Below, one piece after another: positions 26,101-38,398 of a stretch of 64,000 bases of DNA. Source of the stretch: Magallana gigas (Eukaryota); NCBI RefSeq assembly GCF_963853765.1, contig NC_088855.1, positions 48,670,001 to 48,734,000 on the forward strand, read 5' to 3'. Each line of letters begins with the position of its first letter. The first letter of the stretch is position 1. The position numbers were made by a program, and so were the translations under genes. The notes beneath the pieces were generated by a model that was not told the DNA's origin, searched no databases, and saw only the letters and a list, made by a program, of their open reading frames with translations.

Positions 26101-29100
26101 TATTGTGTCTATATTTGTACGTTGTTATTCCTGTATATTGTAGGACACCTCCATGTATAATGTTTCTATATCTGTACGTTGTTATTCCTGTATATTGTAG
26201 GACACCTCCACGTATATTGTGTCTATATTTGTACGTTGTTATTCCTGTATATTGTAGGACACCTCCACGTATATTGTGTCTATATTTGTACGTTGTTATT
26301 CCTGTATATTGTAGGACACCTCCATGTATATTGTGTCTATATTTGTACGTTGTTATTCCTGTATATTGTAGGACACCTCCATGTATAATGTGTCTATATT
26401 TGTACTTTGCTATTTCTGTATATTGTAGGACACCTCCACGTATATTGTGTCTATATCTGTACGTTGTTATTCCTGTATATTGTAGGACACCTCCACGTAT
26501 ATTGTGTCTATATTTGTACGTTGTTATTCCTGTATATTGTAGGACACCTCCATGTATAATGTTTCTATATCTGTACGTTGTTATTCCTGTATATTGTAGG
26601 ACACCTCCACGTATATTGTGTCTATATTTGTACGTTGTTATTCCTGTATATTGTAGGACACCTCCACGTATATTGTGTCTATATTTGTACGTTGTTATTC
26701 CTGTATATTGTAGGACACCTCCATGTATATTGTGTCTATATTTGTACGTTGTTATTCCTGTATATTGTAGGACACCTCCATGTATAATGTGTCTATATTT
26801 GTACTTTGCTATTTCTGTATATTGTAGGACACCTCCACGTATATTGTGTCTATATCTGTACGTTGTTATTCCTGTATATTGTAGGACACCTCCACGTATA
26901 TTGTGTCTATATTTGTACGTTGTTATTCCTGTATATTGTAGGACACCTCCATGTATAATGTTTCTATATCTGTACGTTGTTATTCCTGTATATTGTAGGA
27001 CACCTCCATGTATAATGTTTCTATATCTGTACGTTGTTATTCCTGTATATTGTAGGACACCTCCATGCTGTTCCTAGGTGGCCTGATTGTGGCTGTGGCG
27101 GTGGAGGAAGTCAATCTCCACAAACGAATCGCCATCGGAATCCTTTCCCTGGTGGGGTCACAGCCTAACCTGTGAGGAAAATTACACAAAATCATATATC
27201 ATAAAACGGCATATACATAAACTAGCAGAATATAATGATGCATAATAAAAACGCGACAAAATGTCTTTTATACACAGTATGGTTCTATTACCAAGGAAAG
27301 CAATCAACAAAATAGACATCCTTACCCTCCAAATTTATAATAAATGTATTCGTATATTTCTGTTTTATGAAAATAAACCCATTCGTTCCAAAAATGTTCT
27401 TTGTCAGCACTTCTTTTCAAAATGCGGCGTCTGATAATTAGATCTGTTTTCAGTCTGATGCTGGGACTGATGTTACCCACGTGGTTCCTGTCAATGTGGA
27501 TCAGCAACACCGCCGCCACGTCCATGATGGTTCCCATTATTACAGCGGTGGCTTCCCAGATGTCGGAGCTGGAGCCCAACAAGATATCCCGTACGGTTTG
27601 TTGTAGTCTTACATGTAACGCTGAAATGATTGCTCTAGCAGTAATAATCAGAGACAGTCTCTCCTTGAACAGAGAACGGCGGTGTGAGAAACAATGGTTT
27701 TGACGACGTTGAAGACTCCGTTAGTAATGCAGATACCGATGTATCAATGACGAATGGCAATGCTGGCATGGAACAAGAAGATGAACCAAAAGATGAAAAA
27801 GAGAAGTATGAAGAATACACCTGATGAATATACTTTCTTTGTTACAAGTTCTATTTTCTTTGCGTTTTAGATAAGATTTATTGAATCCAATTAGGGCCCC
27901 TGGTGGCAGATAAGTACATGTGCATATTTTATGAAAATCACAATTGTATATACACCAATGTTTACATTTGCAGAAAACAAAGAGAAGAATCTATAAAGAA
28001 GATGAGCAAAGGTTTTGCTTTGTGTGTTGCCTATGCAGCCAATATTGGAGGCGTAGCGACGCTCACTGGCACACCTCCTAATCTCATCTTGCAGGGACAG
28101 GCCAACGAGTAAGTAAAACTAGTAAGTTAAATAACAGATATAATTTTGTTTACCATAACCTAACCCTTGCATTTATCATCACTTTTTGGTTTTTTTTTTT
28201 TACAGATTATACTCCAGATTATCTGAAGCGGACAGTGGGATCACGTTTGCGAAATGGATGGGATTTGGTTTGCCGCTTTCAATCATTGTCCTTTTGTTAT
28301 CCTGGATCTGGCTCCAGATCATGTTTTTAGGATTTTCGTAAGACTTAAAGAGTATTAATAATCACACCTGATTTATATATGAAATAAAATATAAACCAAA
28401 TCTTAGTGTAGTAAACTCCAACACAATTTCCTATTGAACCTTTTCCTTTACTCCCATGCAGGTGTTTCAAAAAGCAGAACCCTAAAGAAAGGAAAGCAAT
28501 TAAACTAGTGATTGAGGGAGAAAAGAAGAAACTTGGAGGAATCACGTTTGTGCATTCATAGCGATCTACCTTAGAACCATTTTAACAAGACCTTGGACTT
28601 TCGATAGGACGTATAAACTGTCTATTTCTTGCGTCAAAACAAGTTGAAAATGACACTTGTTTGAAGCGAAATTTGCACCAATTGCGTAATCTTAGCTCAA
28701 AAGCCAGAATAATCTTTTTTTCAATGAGCCTAGGCCCAGTGGCCAGCAATGATATAGACAAGTCTTCGTCACATTTCTGTGTGACACAACTGCCATAAGT
28801 CCAAGCTCCTGTTAAGATGGTTCTAATTTACTAAAGACTGTATTTTCAAACAATAATCTTTTATCTTAACATATCATCCATGTATTTTTGCAGATTTGGA
28901 GAGATCGTGGTAATGTTAGTTTTTGGAACACTGGCATTATTGTGGATCTTTCGCGACATTCCGGGATTTGGAGGATGGAAGGTCTTATTTAGAGAAAACT
29001 CTAATGAGTGAGTTTTGTGTTACAATTCTACAGATAAGATTTCGATATCCTAAAGGCAGATTTTAAATGTCCCTTCACATTCGTTTAGACCCTTTGTCAA

Positions 29101-30802
29101 AGACTCCACTTCAGCCATGTTGGTAGCAGTGTCTCTGTTCTTTTTACCGGCCAAACTTCCAAGGGTCTTCTGCTGGAACAAATATGACGGTAACCATTTC
29201 ACTATATAATTGCATTGTTCTGGTATTTGACGGTCTAGTTATATGTACATGGAAAATAAGATTAAATGTCAGTCGATGAAGATTTTCAATTGATACCAAA
29301 CAATGTCGCTGCTAGATGTACATGTAACTCATTGATCGTTAAATACAACTACATGTATCTTTCAAGATGTCACACAATGACGCATTGATTTTGATCAATC
29401 ATACGAGAGGAGATTTGGTATTTTTCAATCTTTCCGTTATTTCAGTAATGGTTTATTTTAGAGATCTTTCTTCAAGTTTCAGAAAGCAGTAACAAACCAA
29501 AGTACCACCCGATTCTAACGTGGAAGAACACAGTTCTTAGAATTCCTTGGGGCGTCATTATTCTCCTCGGTGGAGGGTTTGCACTGGCTTCGGCAACATC
29601 CGTTAGTATATTTGTATCTTAAGAGGACTGGATGGCCGTTGCCATTTTGGTGCCATATTAATGTCCTTTAGAAGAAGGACTCTGTATTATGATATACGAA
29701 AAGAGTCCAAATGAAAAGCTAAAATCATTGGTTTTTTCTTCAATAAATAACAGTTTATGGTTGAAAATCTCATTTTTGAAATAATTTTAAGTAGACCTGA
29801 TGAATGATTTGTTTACCACCCAGCCATCTTAAAATTTAAACAGTAAAATTGTCAACTACAAACAGTTGTCACTAAGTTGCCTATGCATCTGGTTTTATTT
29901 AGGCCTCTGGTTTGTCAAAGAAGGTTGGTTGCAGTCTTCGTATTCTGGACAGCTTTGAACCCTGGGTAATGAACTTGATTCTATCTTTGGTCATCGCTGG
30001 CGCCACAGAAATCACCAGTAACAGCGCCACCGCCACCATACTGATGCCCATCATGGCTGAACTGGTAATGATACAGTGCTTGCAGTGATAGGCTGATTTC
30101 CGAGTATAAATGGGATTTTTATTGGGAGACTTGAAAAAGTTTTTTCTTTTCCTCCAGGCTATTAACACTGGATCTCATCCATTATATTTGATGATAACTG
30201 CAGCAGTTGCGTGCTCATTTGCATTCATGCTTCCAGTTGCTACTCCCCCAAATGCTATCGTATTTTCCACTGGGTACATCAAGATTCCAGACATGGTAAA
30301 CACATTACAATATTTATTACGTTTTATATGAAAATACCATCTCCTATATTTTATAGTAATCGTATACACTCAACCTATTCATTTTAATTAATTAATTAAA
30401 GTCTTATTTTTCAAAATGACACGATATTGTTGAAATGTTCAATTTTGACCTTCCGTTAATCTTCAGGCCTTAGCTGGGCTCGTGATGAATGTGTTGGCAG
30501 TACTGGTTCTTAATCTAGGAATAAACACCTGGGGGAGTGCTCTGTTTGATTTGGACACGGTGCCGTTAATCTTTGGAAACTCCACCAGTAGTGCATGCGA
30601 TCCCGTCACAGCCACAATGGCTGCTTTTCAGGCCAACTTCACGACAGCATATGCTCAAAGTACTACCTCGCAAGCCGTCAGTAGCTTCACGACGTCATCC
30701 ACTGTCATTGCTCAGACACTTGTGAACATTACGTCAGAGGCCATTGGTATGACCACAACTACGCAGAGCTTGCCAAGCGGGTTTGTCATGCCGGCGGGAT
30801 AA
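20194..30802 (+). CDS. SLC13-family cotransporter, paralog B; 14 exons, ~656 aa: join(20194..20307,21651..21800,27056..27171,27454..27590,27673..27805,27974..28108,28206..28337,28462..28545,28894..29007,29089..29189,29483..29601,29903..30064,30158..30295,30467..30802)
   Basis: GT-AG introns at the same positions as paralog A, and exons sum to 1971 nt. Motifs: [100 protein letters not shown]. Confidence 0.95.
22666..23030 (+). repeat. Diverged 28-bp tandem array (~13 copies), ttgcta(t/a)tcctgtatattgtag|gaNNcc
   Basis: Unit starts at 22943, 22971 and 22999 (28-bp period). It is the acceptor-containing half of the 57-bp unit. Confidence 0.9.
23076..27067 (+). repeat. 57-bp minisatellite, ~70 copies, built from the SLC13-B exon-3 splice acceptor plus the first ~12 exon nt
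   Basis: Consensus gacacctcca(c/t)gtat(at/aa)tgt(g/t)tctatat(t/c)tgtac(gttgt/tttgc)tatt(c/t)ctgtatattgtag. The last copy runs directly into exon 3 (tgtag|GACACCTCCATGCTG at 27056). Confidence 0.98.
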
Positions 30803-32657
30803 CTATCCAAATGTTTATTCATTATCATTGTTTATCAAAATTGACATTGCCTTTCAATATTTGCAGGTTATTTTTTCTTTTATAGAGCAGCAATTTTGGC
30901 GCTGATGTTATACCTGAAACAAAAATGACCACATGTGTTGTCAAAATATAATTGTGAAGTTGTGCTCTCATTACTGATTGGGTTTCTTTATTGGCTCCTT
31001 TCGTGTCACTTGATTTTATGGACACTGGTCATTCCATATTCACTGTTGTGGGCATCATACAAGATGATGAATAGCATATATATATATTGAATTTGCTTTT
31101 TTAGTGTTTGTATGTATGAATGTTGTAGTGAACAGCATAATTGTTATTTTCCTTTAAATTATCAATGTATATTAACGTTCATTCTCTTAACATTCTAATG
31201 GATAAACAGTTCAGCAATTCGCATCTTGGTATCAATTTAAATGATTTCTCAAATAAACTTATCTGCCCTGAGAGTTTCTTTGAGGTATACCTGCATGAGT
31301 CATTCCCCTTCTGAAGTTTGTATTAAAGTCTCAATGTGTCAAGCTTATTTTCTACAGTCGAATCAATACACATGATTTTATGGTTTAATTCTGTACAATT
31401 CATTGCTATGAATAAATTTTTAAAAAAATAATCTTTCGAACTCCAAAAATTTACATCTTTCACCACCTTTGAAAATAAGGCACACTGTTTTACTCAGGAA
31501 GATTAAACACCTCATTATATATAACAATTATTCCATTTCAAACCTAAATAATCCTTGTCTAGATCATGCACATTACAATGATAAATTGACAATGATAAAT
31601 GTATTGGAAAAATAAAATCATCGGCTTAAGATGTTTTTTTTTTTAAAGAAAAACATTCTCATTTAAACGACAGAGGATTTTCTAAAACATCAACATTTTC
31701 TAAAACAAAACTGTTTACCCCAGTCGAACGCTAATGACCTGAATTGTGAATACTAGTCGTTCCATGGGTAGATATTACATGTATAAAATTAGAACCTCCC
31801 CAATAGGATTTTTTTTACATTTCTAAATGATTGCGCAAAGATAACTTTTCATCAAGATTTTGAACAGCTCAAATACATTAACATTTTATTATTTTTCATT
31901 AAACAAAATATTTTATAACGCTTATGCGATTTTTCTGTGTTCAGCGGTCAAGTACGGAGTAAAGGACAGGGTTAGACCCCATTCACACCATCAATGACAC
32001 TTATTTGAGAATGAAATAGTCGCGAACAGATCTTTAACCACTATAGTAGAAGATACAACCTATCATATAGACCTTCGAGCTTTACTAGACTTGATTACGA
32101 CCCGACCAAAATTATCATTCTATAATTCCTTAGATAAAAGAAGAAGACTTAGCTTGCTTTCGTATCGTGGAGTATAGATTTTATTCCTTACTGTCACAAC
32201 ACTAGTCTACAAATCAAATGAAACATATCGTCTTATACATCTCATTAATGACGCAAATTACGTATTGTGCGCAAGCGGGGTTTTATATACGATATAAAAT
32301 AACGTTAAAATGTCAATAACTTAATATTTTATTGAACAATTGGAAAAAAGGATAAAAATATATATAAAAACTTAATATACATATTTTTGTTGTTGCAATT
32401 GTTATCATTAATAAGGAATCATTCTTTAAATATCATGAGGTAATCAAGAGTGTAATTTGCGTCATCAATTCTATCATAAAGCCTTTCGGGCTAATCATAG
32501 TAATTATTATACTACAAGAATGGTTCCATGCTGAATAAAGAAATCATGAATAAGAAGAACAAAGAAAACGACAATAAACTTTATTTTTATAATTATATCA
32601 CACCGCTAGTAGATGATGTATGAAGTTTCCGTATTCCTTTCTTCACGACTTCCAGTA

Positions 32658-35600
32658 CTATCCAGTATTTCCGGACAAATGAAGTCGTGGACATAAAACT
32701 GCATCCTCTTCGTTACTTCCGGTTAAAGTATTGCTAGTTTTAAGAAGGCCGAAAGCATAGTCGCCGTCCCTCCATACCGCTCTCTCCGGAGCGTCAAGCG
32801 CGTGTTTCTACAAAACCGTTATATAAAGACATATCAAATAAAGAATCATGTTGGAAAATCGACAAATAGGCTACGTCATGATAACGTTGAAAAAGTCTAA
32901 ATAAAGAACACATTGAAAACATTTGCATTTTGGTTGCGTTTTTTATATACTTTGACTCCGTGAAATTTTTTTTTTATAATAAATATAAACTATTTCCTAC
33001 ACACTGTTCTAAATTAGTCAAAACCATATACATGTAAATCTACACCTCATTAAAATTGTTTATTTATGAATTTTCATTTTTAGCATAATTTTCCGCTCAC
33101 CAAAATAAACCTGACAGCTGCGTCCTCGTCTATGTGGTTCATAGTTAGTCGGCATTTATAAGTCACAAGGGCAAACGGCTGGAAAAGCAAGAGTGTTTGT
33201 TGTCCGTTCATGTGGTCATTTCATTTTATTAAAATCACTAACCAGAACAATAAGTACACTTTCTTCAAGATTATGCAAAATATTTTCAAAAGGTTTGAAC
33301 CATTTCTGAATAAAATTCAAAAATCAGTGAGTAAATTTGCTATTAAAAGTAACACCGAGACAATTTCGATTCAAATCATTTTCTTAAAGTTTGAATTATC
33401 CTGAATAAAATTCAGTAAATAAATATAAATCAGTGAATATATTTGCTACTAAAACTTACACCGAAACAATTTCAATTTAGCTTAAAATAATTATGTTATT
33501 AAGGAATTTACTACAAACATTCTATTTTGCTCTCTGGGAAAACATTCTTACATTGCATGTACATGGATATTATTGGTTTTAAATATCCTACATTGCTATG
33601 AGCATAAGTATCATAGCTATAGCTTTTTGTTATTATCATGATTATATTATTGTTTTTAATGTTTATGCCCCATGAGGGCCCTTGATTGTGAATTTGCGTA
33701 ATTAGCAAATATATACATATTCCCGTAAACTTACTAGAAAGGTCAACTGTTACTATACAGACATATACATGTATATACATATAACAATATATCTACAACG
33801 TTATTGCAAACGTTTATGATTAAAATACCAAATTGTATATTAATCATCAATTGTATATTATCTGAATTGTAATTTTCATTTCATACAACATATGCCTATT
33901 TTAGTTTGTCCATTAAAACAATTTACCAACATGTCACGGCAATCATTGGAAAAACAAGAATGAATGTTGAAGATGTTAAGGAAGGTCTTCATTAAAAAAT
34001 CCCCATTAATAAACAATTCAGATAATGCCATTTAGTTTAGATAACTGAAAATGTCAGCAACGATCCTTGTTGGGTTTTCTTAAATTTCATCTAACAAATT
34101 CATGGAAGAACGATATCTTGACACAGAGTTGAAAGGAGACTGCAAACCCTCAACCTTAACGTTAAATATCTTCAGAATCTGAAGGTCCTTGTCATGAAAA
34201 ACATCGAACCATTAATTAGTTGGATCTATTTGACCATTTTAACCGATTCTTATATCCAGATACCTCTGCTAATGGCATCTTATTATATGGCGTTATCACG
34301 TGACGTCTTATACATCCCTCTACTATGGCCTTCAATTTCTCTACGTCATCCTTTCTGGCACATGGATGGTACAACATGACAACAGCACCATGCTGGAAGT
34401 TAGAAAAGAATCAAACATCTGTAACTGGGTTTGAAGGCTTGCATCTTTTCATGGATTATCAAAAAGGAGAGATGAAAATGTGGTTACCTTAACGATAACG
34501 CATCACAATAAATTACAATTCGAAGGTATAATTACGTATATGTTACCTCCAATGAATGCACCCATCTTTGTGGAGGGAGGTAAAGATATTCTCCATAAAC
34601 AGGCCAGAGAGGCCGATGTCGACCGCTGTTAAATGACAGACCAATGTCATTATCAATGGATAGTTATATAATATTATTTTATCTAACGTAAGTGAAATAA
34701 GCAGGTGACAACAGGCAACATATTTGAGCGAACAAGAACAGATGTTTTCAAGAATGGAAACAAACCGTCACGATACAGAGCCATTTGATAACAAATTCTA
34801 TAAAACAATTTCAATATTGATTTAGAGATAACTTTTACCACTGGTGAATTATTTGTTCAAATAATAACTAATACTAATCAGTACAATTGTATGACTATAA
34901 TTATCAAAGCAACTTTAGATTTGGAAATACTGTGTAGTTTCTAAAGTAATTATTATTTTTAAAAAATATGAATACGTACTAGCTTCTCTGTCAAATTTTA
35001 AACCGTATCTTAGATGAGGTTAACAAAGTGTACATAAATAATTAAAGAGTACTTTAAAGAAAGAGGTGTAAATATGAACCGCTTAATTGTTCTCTTCGAT
35101 AAGGAAAGGTAGCGATCATTGTTTATCATTAATTAAAGGCGATCATTGTATATCATTTCTTAAAGGCTAAAAAAAGTAGCATTGTAAAATGTCCACAATG
35201 GTCTTCCTCTGTATGATCCGCTATCCGAAGTATTTCATTGCTTAAATTTTGATTAGTGAAGACATGAAAATATTAGATTCAAAGATTACCAGGTTAACAA
35301 AAATTAAGTACATGTAACGAATGGATTCACCAATCAATAGATCAACTGACAGATACATTACACTTTATACATTGACTGCGCATCAAATCATCAGCCTGAG
35401 GAAAATGTTGTCCTCGAACAAATAGGTCACAATTTTTGTACGGTAAATTGAAAAAAAAAATCTGAAATACTGGGAGTAGTATCATAAAGATTTTTAATTG
35501 TTATAGGTAAATTTGAACCATTTAATATACTAATGTGTTGCAAAAAGAAGTCTTACCTTAAAGGTATTGTATCTTGGTATGTTATTGTCTCATTCATGCA

Positions 35601-36820
35601 GACATGTATAGGCTGAAAAACGGAATATATCATCAGAAACCAGCATGATTTCATGTAATGGGAAGGTGACGTAATTCCGTACAAATCGATTGGTGCTATA
35701 TCACGATATACATGTATTTGCCAGTACCCATGATCAAGAACTGTGTCGTATAATAGGGATTGTTTTATTTATTTATGAATGCATTTATATGATCATTTAT
35801 TAAAGAATTACTATAAATTTTGTTATCAACTGTAGGAAAACTCTCACCATGTCCTCGTGGTCTGTGCAGTAGGGTCTTGCTTTTGTTGCCTGAAATGTTT
35901 GCAGAAAATAAGTATACTAGCAGCTAATAGGTGGAGTCAAATTGGCTTATTTATGAAGAAAGTTCCTACGCCTATTATCACCCATATAAACCAGCAACCC
36001 CGTACGCAGGGCTTATGTTTCAGAGTCACGATCTAATAGCTACTGATCACAAGCTCACACAAGGGCGGGGTATGGACCTACCGGAGCTATGGGTACGACA
36101 AGTCTGGAGGTACAGCTGTAGAGGGAGGGATCTTTTAAATTCCAGTCCACGTGAAGGTGGTTCTAGGGAGATACAATCAATATAAAGTTACAGAAAATTA
36201 AAATTGATCTGAAATTAAATTATTTTGAAATCGGTTATTTGCATTATTATTTTCACTACTTTATTTTGCAAAGGTTGCATCATTCTAGAAGGATGTCAAT
36301 CGAAAACATGTTAAGTCAATTTGTAACCTAATGCAGTGGTAATACTTATGTCTTTTACTAATTAACAATTTTTAATTGTCAATGACTAATTAGTCATGGA
36401 CTCATTGACAATTAAAAATTGTTAATTAGTAAAAGACACTTCACATAAATTAATAAACGATAATGTTTCCTTTATTTTTTATCCGATAAATGTACCATGC
36501 ATGTCAATTTAGATTCTATGAGACACTTTTAAACATAAAACATGCTTTGTAAATAAACAAAGCAATATTGTATATAACAAGTGTCATGCATTAGAGATTT
36601 CTTCTATAAATATAACCCGGTTAGTGGGTCCTACCTTTCCGTTATCACAGAGATCGTCCGGGACTCCCATCCTGATTCCTCCATGCCTTGAGTCGTGGCT
36701 GTGGATCCCGGAATGACCACTTTCTCTGAGAGTCAGGTCCACGCTGTTCAACCAGGCGTGTAACAGAGGAAAGCACGAGAACACGATATACAATACTGCG
36801 TACAGCTTCTGTCCCATCAT
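32658..36820 (-). CDS. Secreted DUF3105-domain (TP53I13-like) protein; 8 coding exons, ~266 aa: complement join(36635..36820,36082..36162,35848..35889,35557..35612,34547..34625,34264..34392,33101..33178,32658..32807)
   Basis: Hand-spliced GT-AG exons stay in phase. The product is a signal peptide ([22 protein letters not shown]) followed by ...LCDNGKNHLHVDW...[46 protein letters not shown]...[11 protein letters not shown]...[13 protein letters not shown]...HALDAPE...DGDYAFGLL...LCP. This matches the DUF3105/TP53I13 pattern as I recall it; no search was run. Confidence 0.85.
33309..33478. repeat. Imperfect ~93-bp direct duplication in a DUF3105-gene intron
   Basis: tgaataaaattca...aaatcagtga(g/a)ta...atttgcta(t/c)taaaa...acaccga(g/a)acaatttc occurs twice. 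Confidence 0.7.
36349..36438. repeat. Perfect 37-bp inverted repeat with a 16-nt spacer (hairpin/cruciform)
   Basis: tgtcttttactaattaacaatttttaattgtcaatga (36349-36385) is the exact reverse complement of 36402-36438. Confidence 0.95.
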
Positions 36821-38398
36821 GTTGTAAATAGATACTGTCACCAAAAGCCAATGCACTCTGTTAAATAGTTAAACGAGAAAATACACATTATAAATATTAC
36901 AGTGACCTGAAATTAAAACAAAACATTTAAATGTCCCGATCTGCGAGTCTTCCAATAAGGTAACTTATTGATCTTATATTGGTTTAGATATACTACACCT
37001 GATTGGATATTGATTTTATCCAATTAGTGTTTATGTTTCGAATATACGAAACAAAAAAGAAGATAGAAAAACCCTCCGCCCAAAGAAATAAAAAAAAATG
37101 CCCTACCGTTCTAACGCTTTTTGTATCTGCAAGTTTCAGGTCCATATGGTGGCCATGTTGTCGTTTGCTACACTGATGACAACGTAAAAGGAAGATATAA
37201 TCGATTGAATTGCCGCACTCTGCACACTTGACGCATCTGTCAGCTAATTATCGAATTGCAAAGATTGTCCATGAAATGGCATCATACACGGCGCGAGCTA
37301 CCGTATGGTAATTGGAACACGCGGGAAATAGAGAATAGGATGCTGATGAGACAAAATTCAATTACGTTCAAAGACAAAGGATACACATCATAGGTCTCTT
37401 TCCAGAGAATAAATCAGTAAGAGGATACGGATATGGTCTGATTTAAAGGAAGCACTAAATGTTGACATTTTTTAATGCAAGAGCAGTTTTAAAACTGCTG
37501 CACTGTGTTTCAGTTTTCTTTTTTCTTTAACTCCCACTTTGCAAATTTTACAATTGGAAACTTAGTTAAAAATACTGTAAACACGATTTATAGAATATGA
37601 ATGTGATGGGGTTTTATTCATTGTTTGGTAACCCTCTCCCTATTCCTTTTCATTTTATCCCTAATCAGGTATTGAGATTTTTATTGGCTATTTGCTTTAG
37701 TGACTAACTTTGATCTTAGAGCGATAGGGCTTGCCATTACTGTTCAATGTCAAATCAAAATCTCTATGCTTTTGCAAAGGACATATAGAACATGCACCCA
37801 AGAAAATGGCAAGGGTCGTCCAAGCTGAAATAATTAAGAAATTATTTGGGACCACACAATCATCTCGTTGTAAGCAGTACCTATTTATATCCGAGCTCGT
37901 TATACCCGGAGGCCACTGTAGTTAAGAATGTAGGGAAGTGGATGAGATTAAGTACTAGTACATTTTTTGACTGAGTTGTCCAGGTGCAACATACTTCTCT
38001 CATTCCATCCGCAATGTTTACTTGTAAATGAATATTTTTATTTTAGAATGAATATAAAAGATATACAGATACTTAAAACACACACATCATTTATTTATCA
38101 AGATCAATCCAATCTTCATGACAATCTTAACACTTACAAACATTATTGGTGATTGGAGAGGTTTTATCTTCATGCTCAACCAGATATTCAGTCCATTTCG
38201 AGACCAACATCTGTATGCAGATATGATTGTCTTTGTGGCAGATAAGTTACAGTTAATTATTTTCAAGGACATTGGGCAAATGTTGAAAACAGGAATCATA
38301 AGTGAAATTAAAGGTATTATTATCAAACAAATGCTAAATGACTACGAGCAAGCAAGAAAATGTCAATATTGCTAAAATAACAAATATCAATTGTTGTG

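Noticed and set aside
23076-27067. Stop-free minus-strand frame, ([19 protein letters not shown])n
   Set aside because: There is an in-frame TAG just upstream and no start codon; it is the same repeat artefact.
22666-27067. CRISPR-like appearance of the long array
   Set aside because: Units are contiguous with no unique spacers, there are no cas genes, and the context is a eukaryotic intron.
23076-27077. 1333-aa Cys/Tyr/Pro-rich ORF, ([19 protein letters not shown])n
   Set aside because: By-product of a 57-bp (19-codon) repeat. It lies in an intron, is out of frame with SLC13-B exon 3, and has no signal peptide or independent gene structure. Only ribosome profiling or peptide evidence would revive it.
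34080-34187. Possible terminal exon of the DUF3105 gene (DLQILKIF...LLDEI*)
   Set aside because: It has an AG and an open frame, but no domain similarity. Exons 33101-33178 and 32658-32807 complete the domain properly. It remains possible only as a minor isoform.
37731-38398. Short ORFs between the DUF3105 gene and the TRIM gene
   Set aside because: AT-rich with no homology; most likely TRIM 3'UTR or intergenic DNA.
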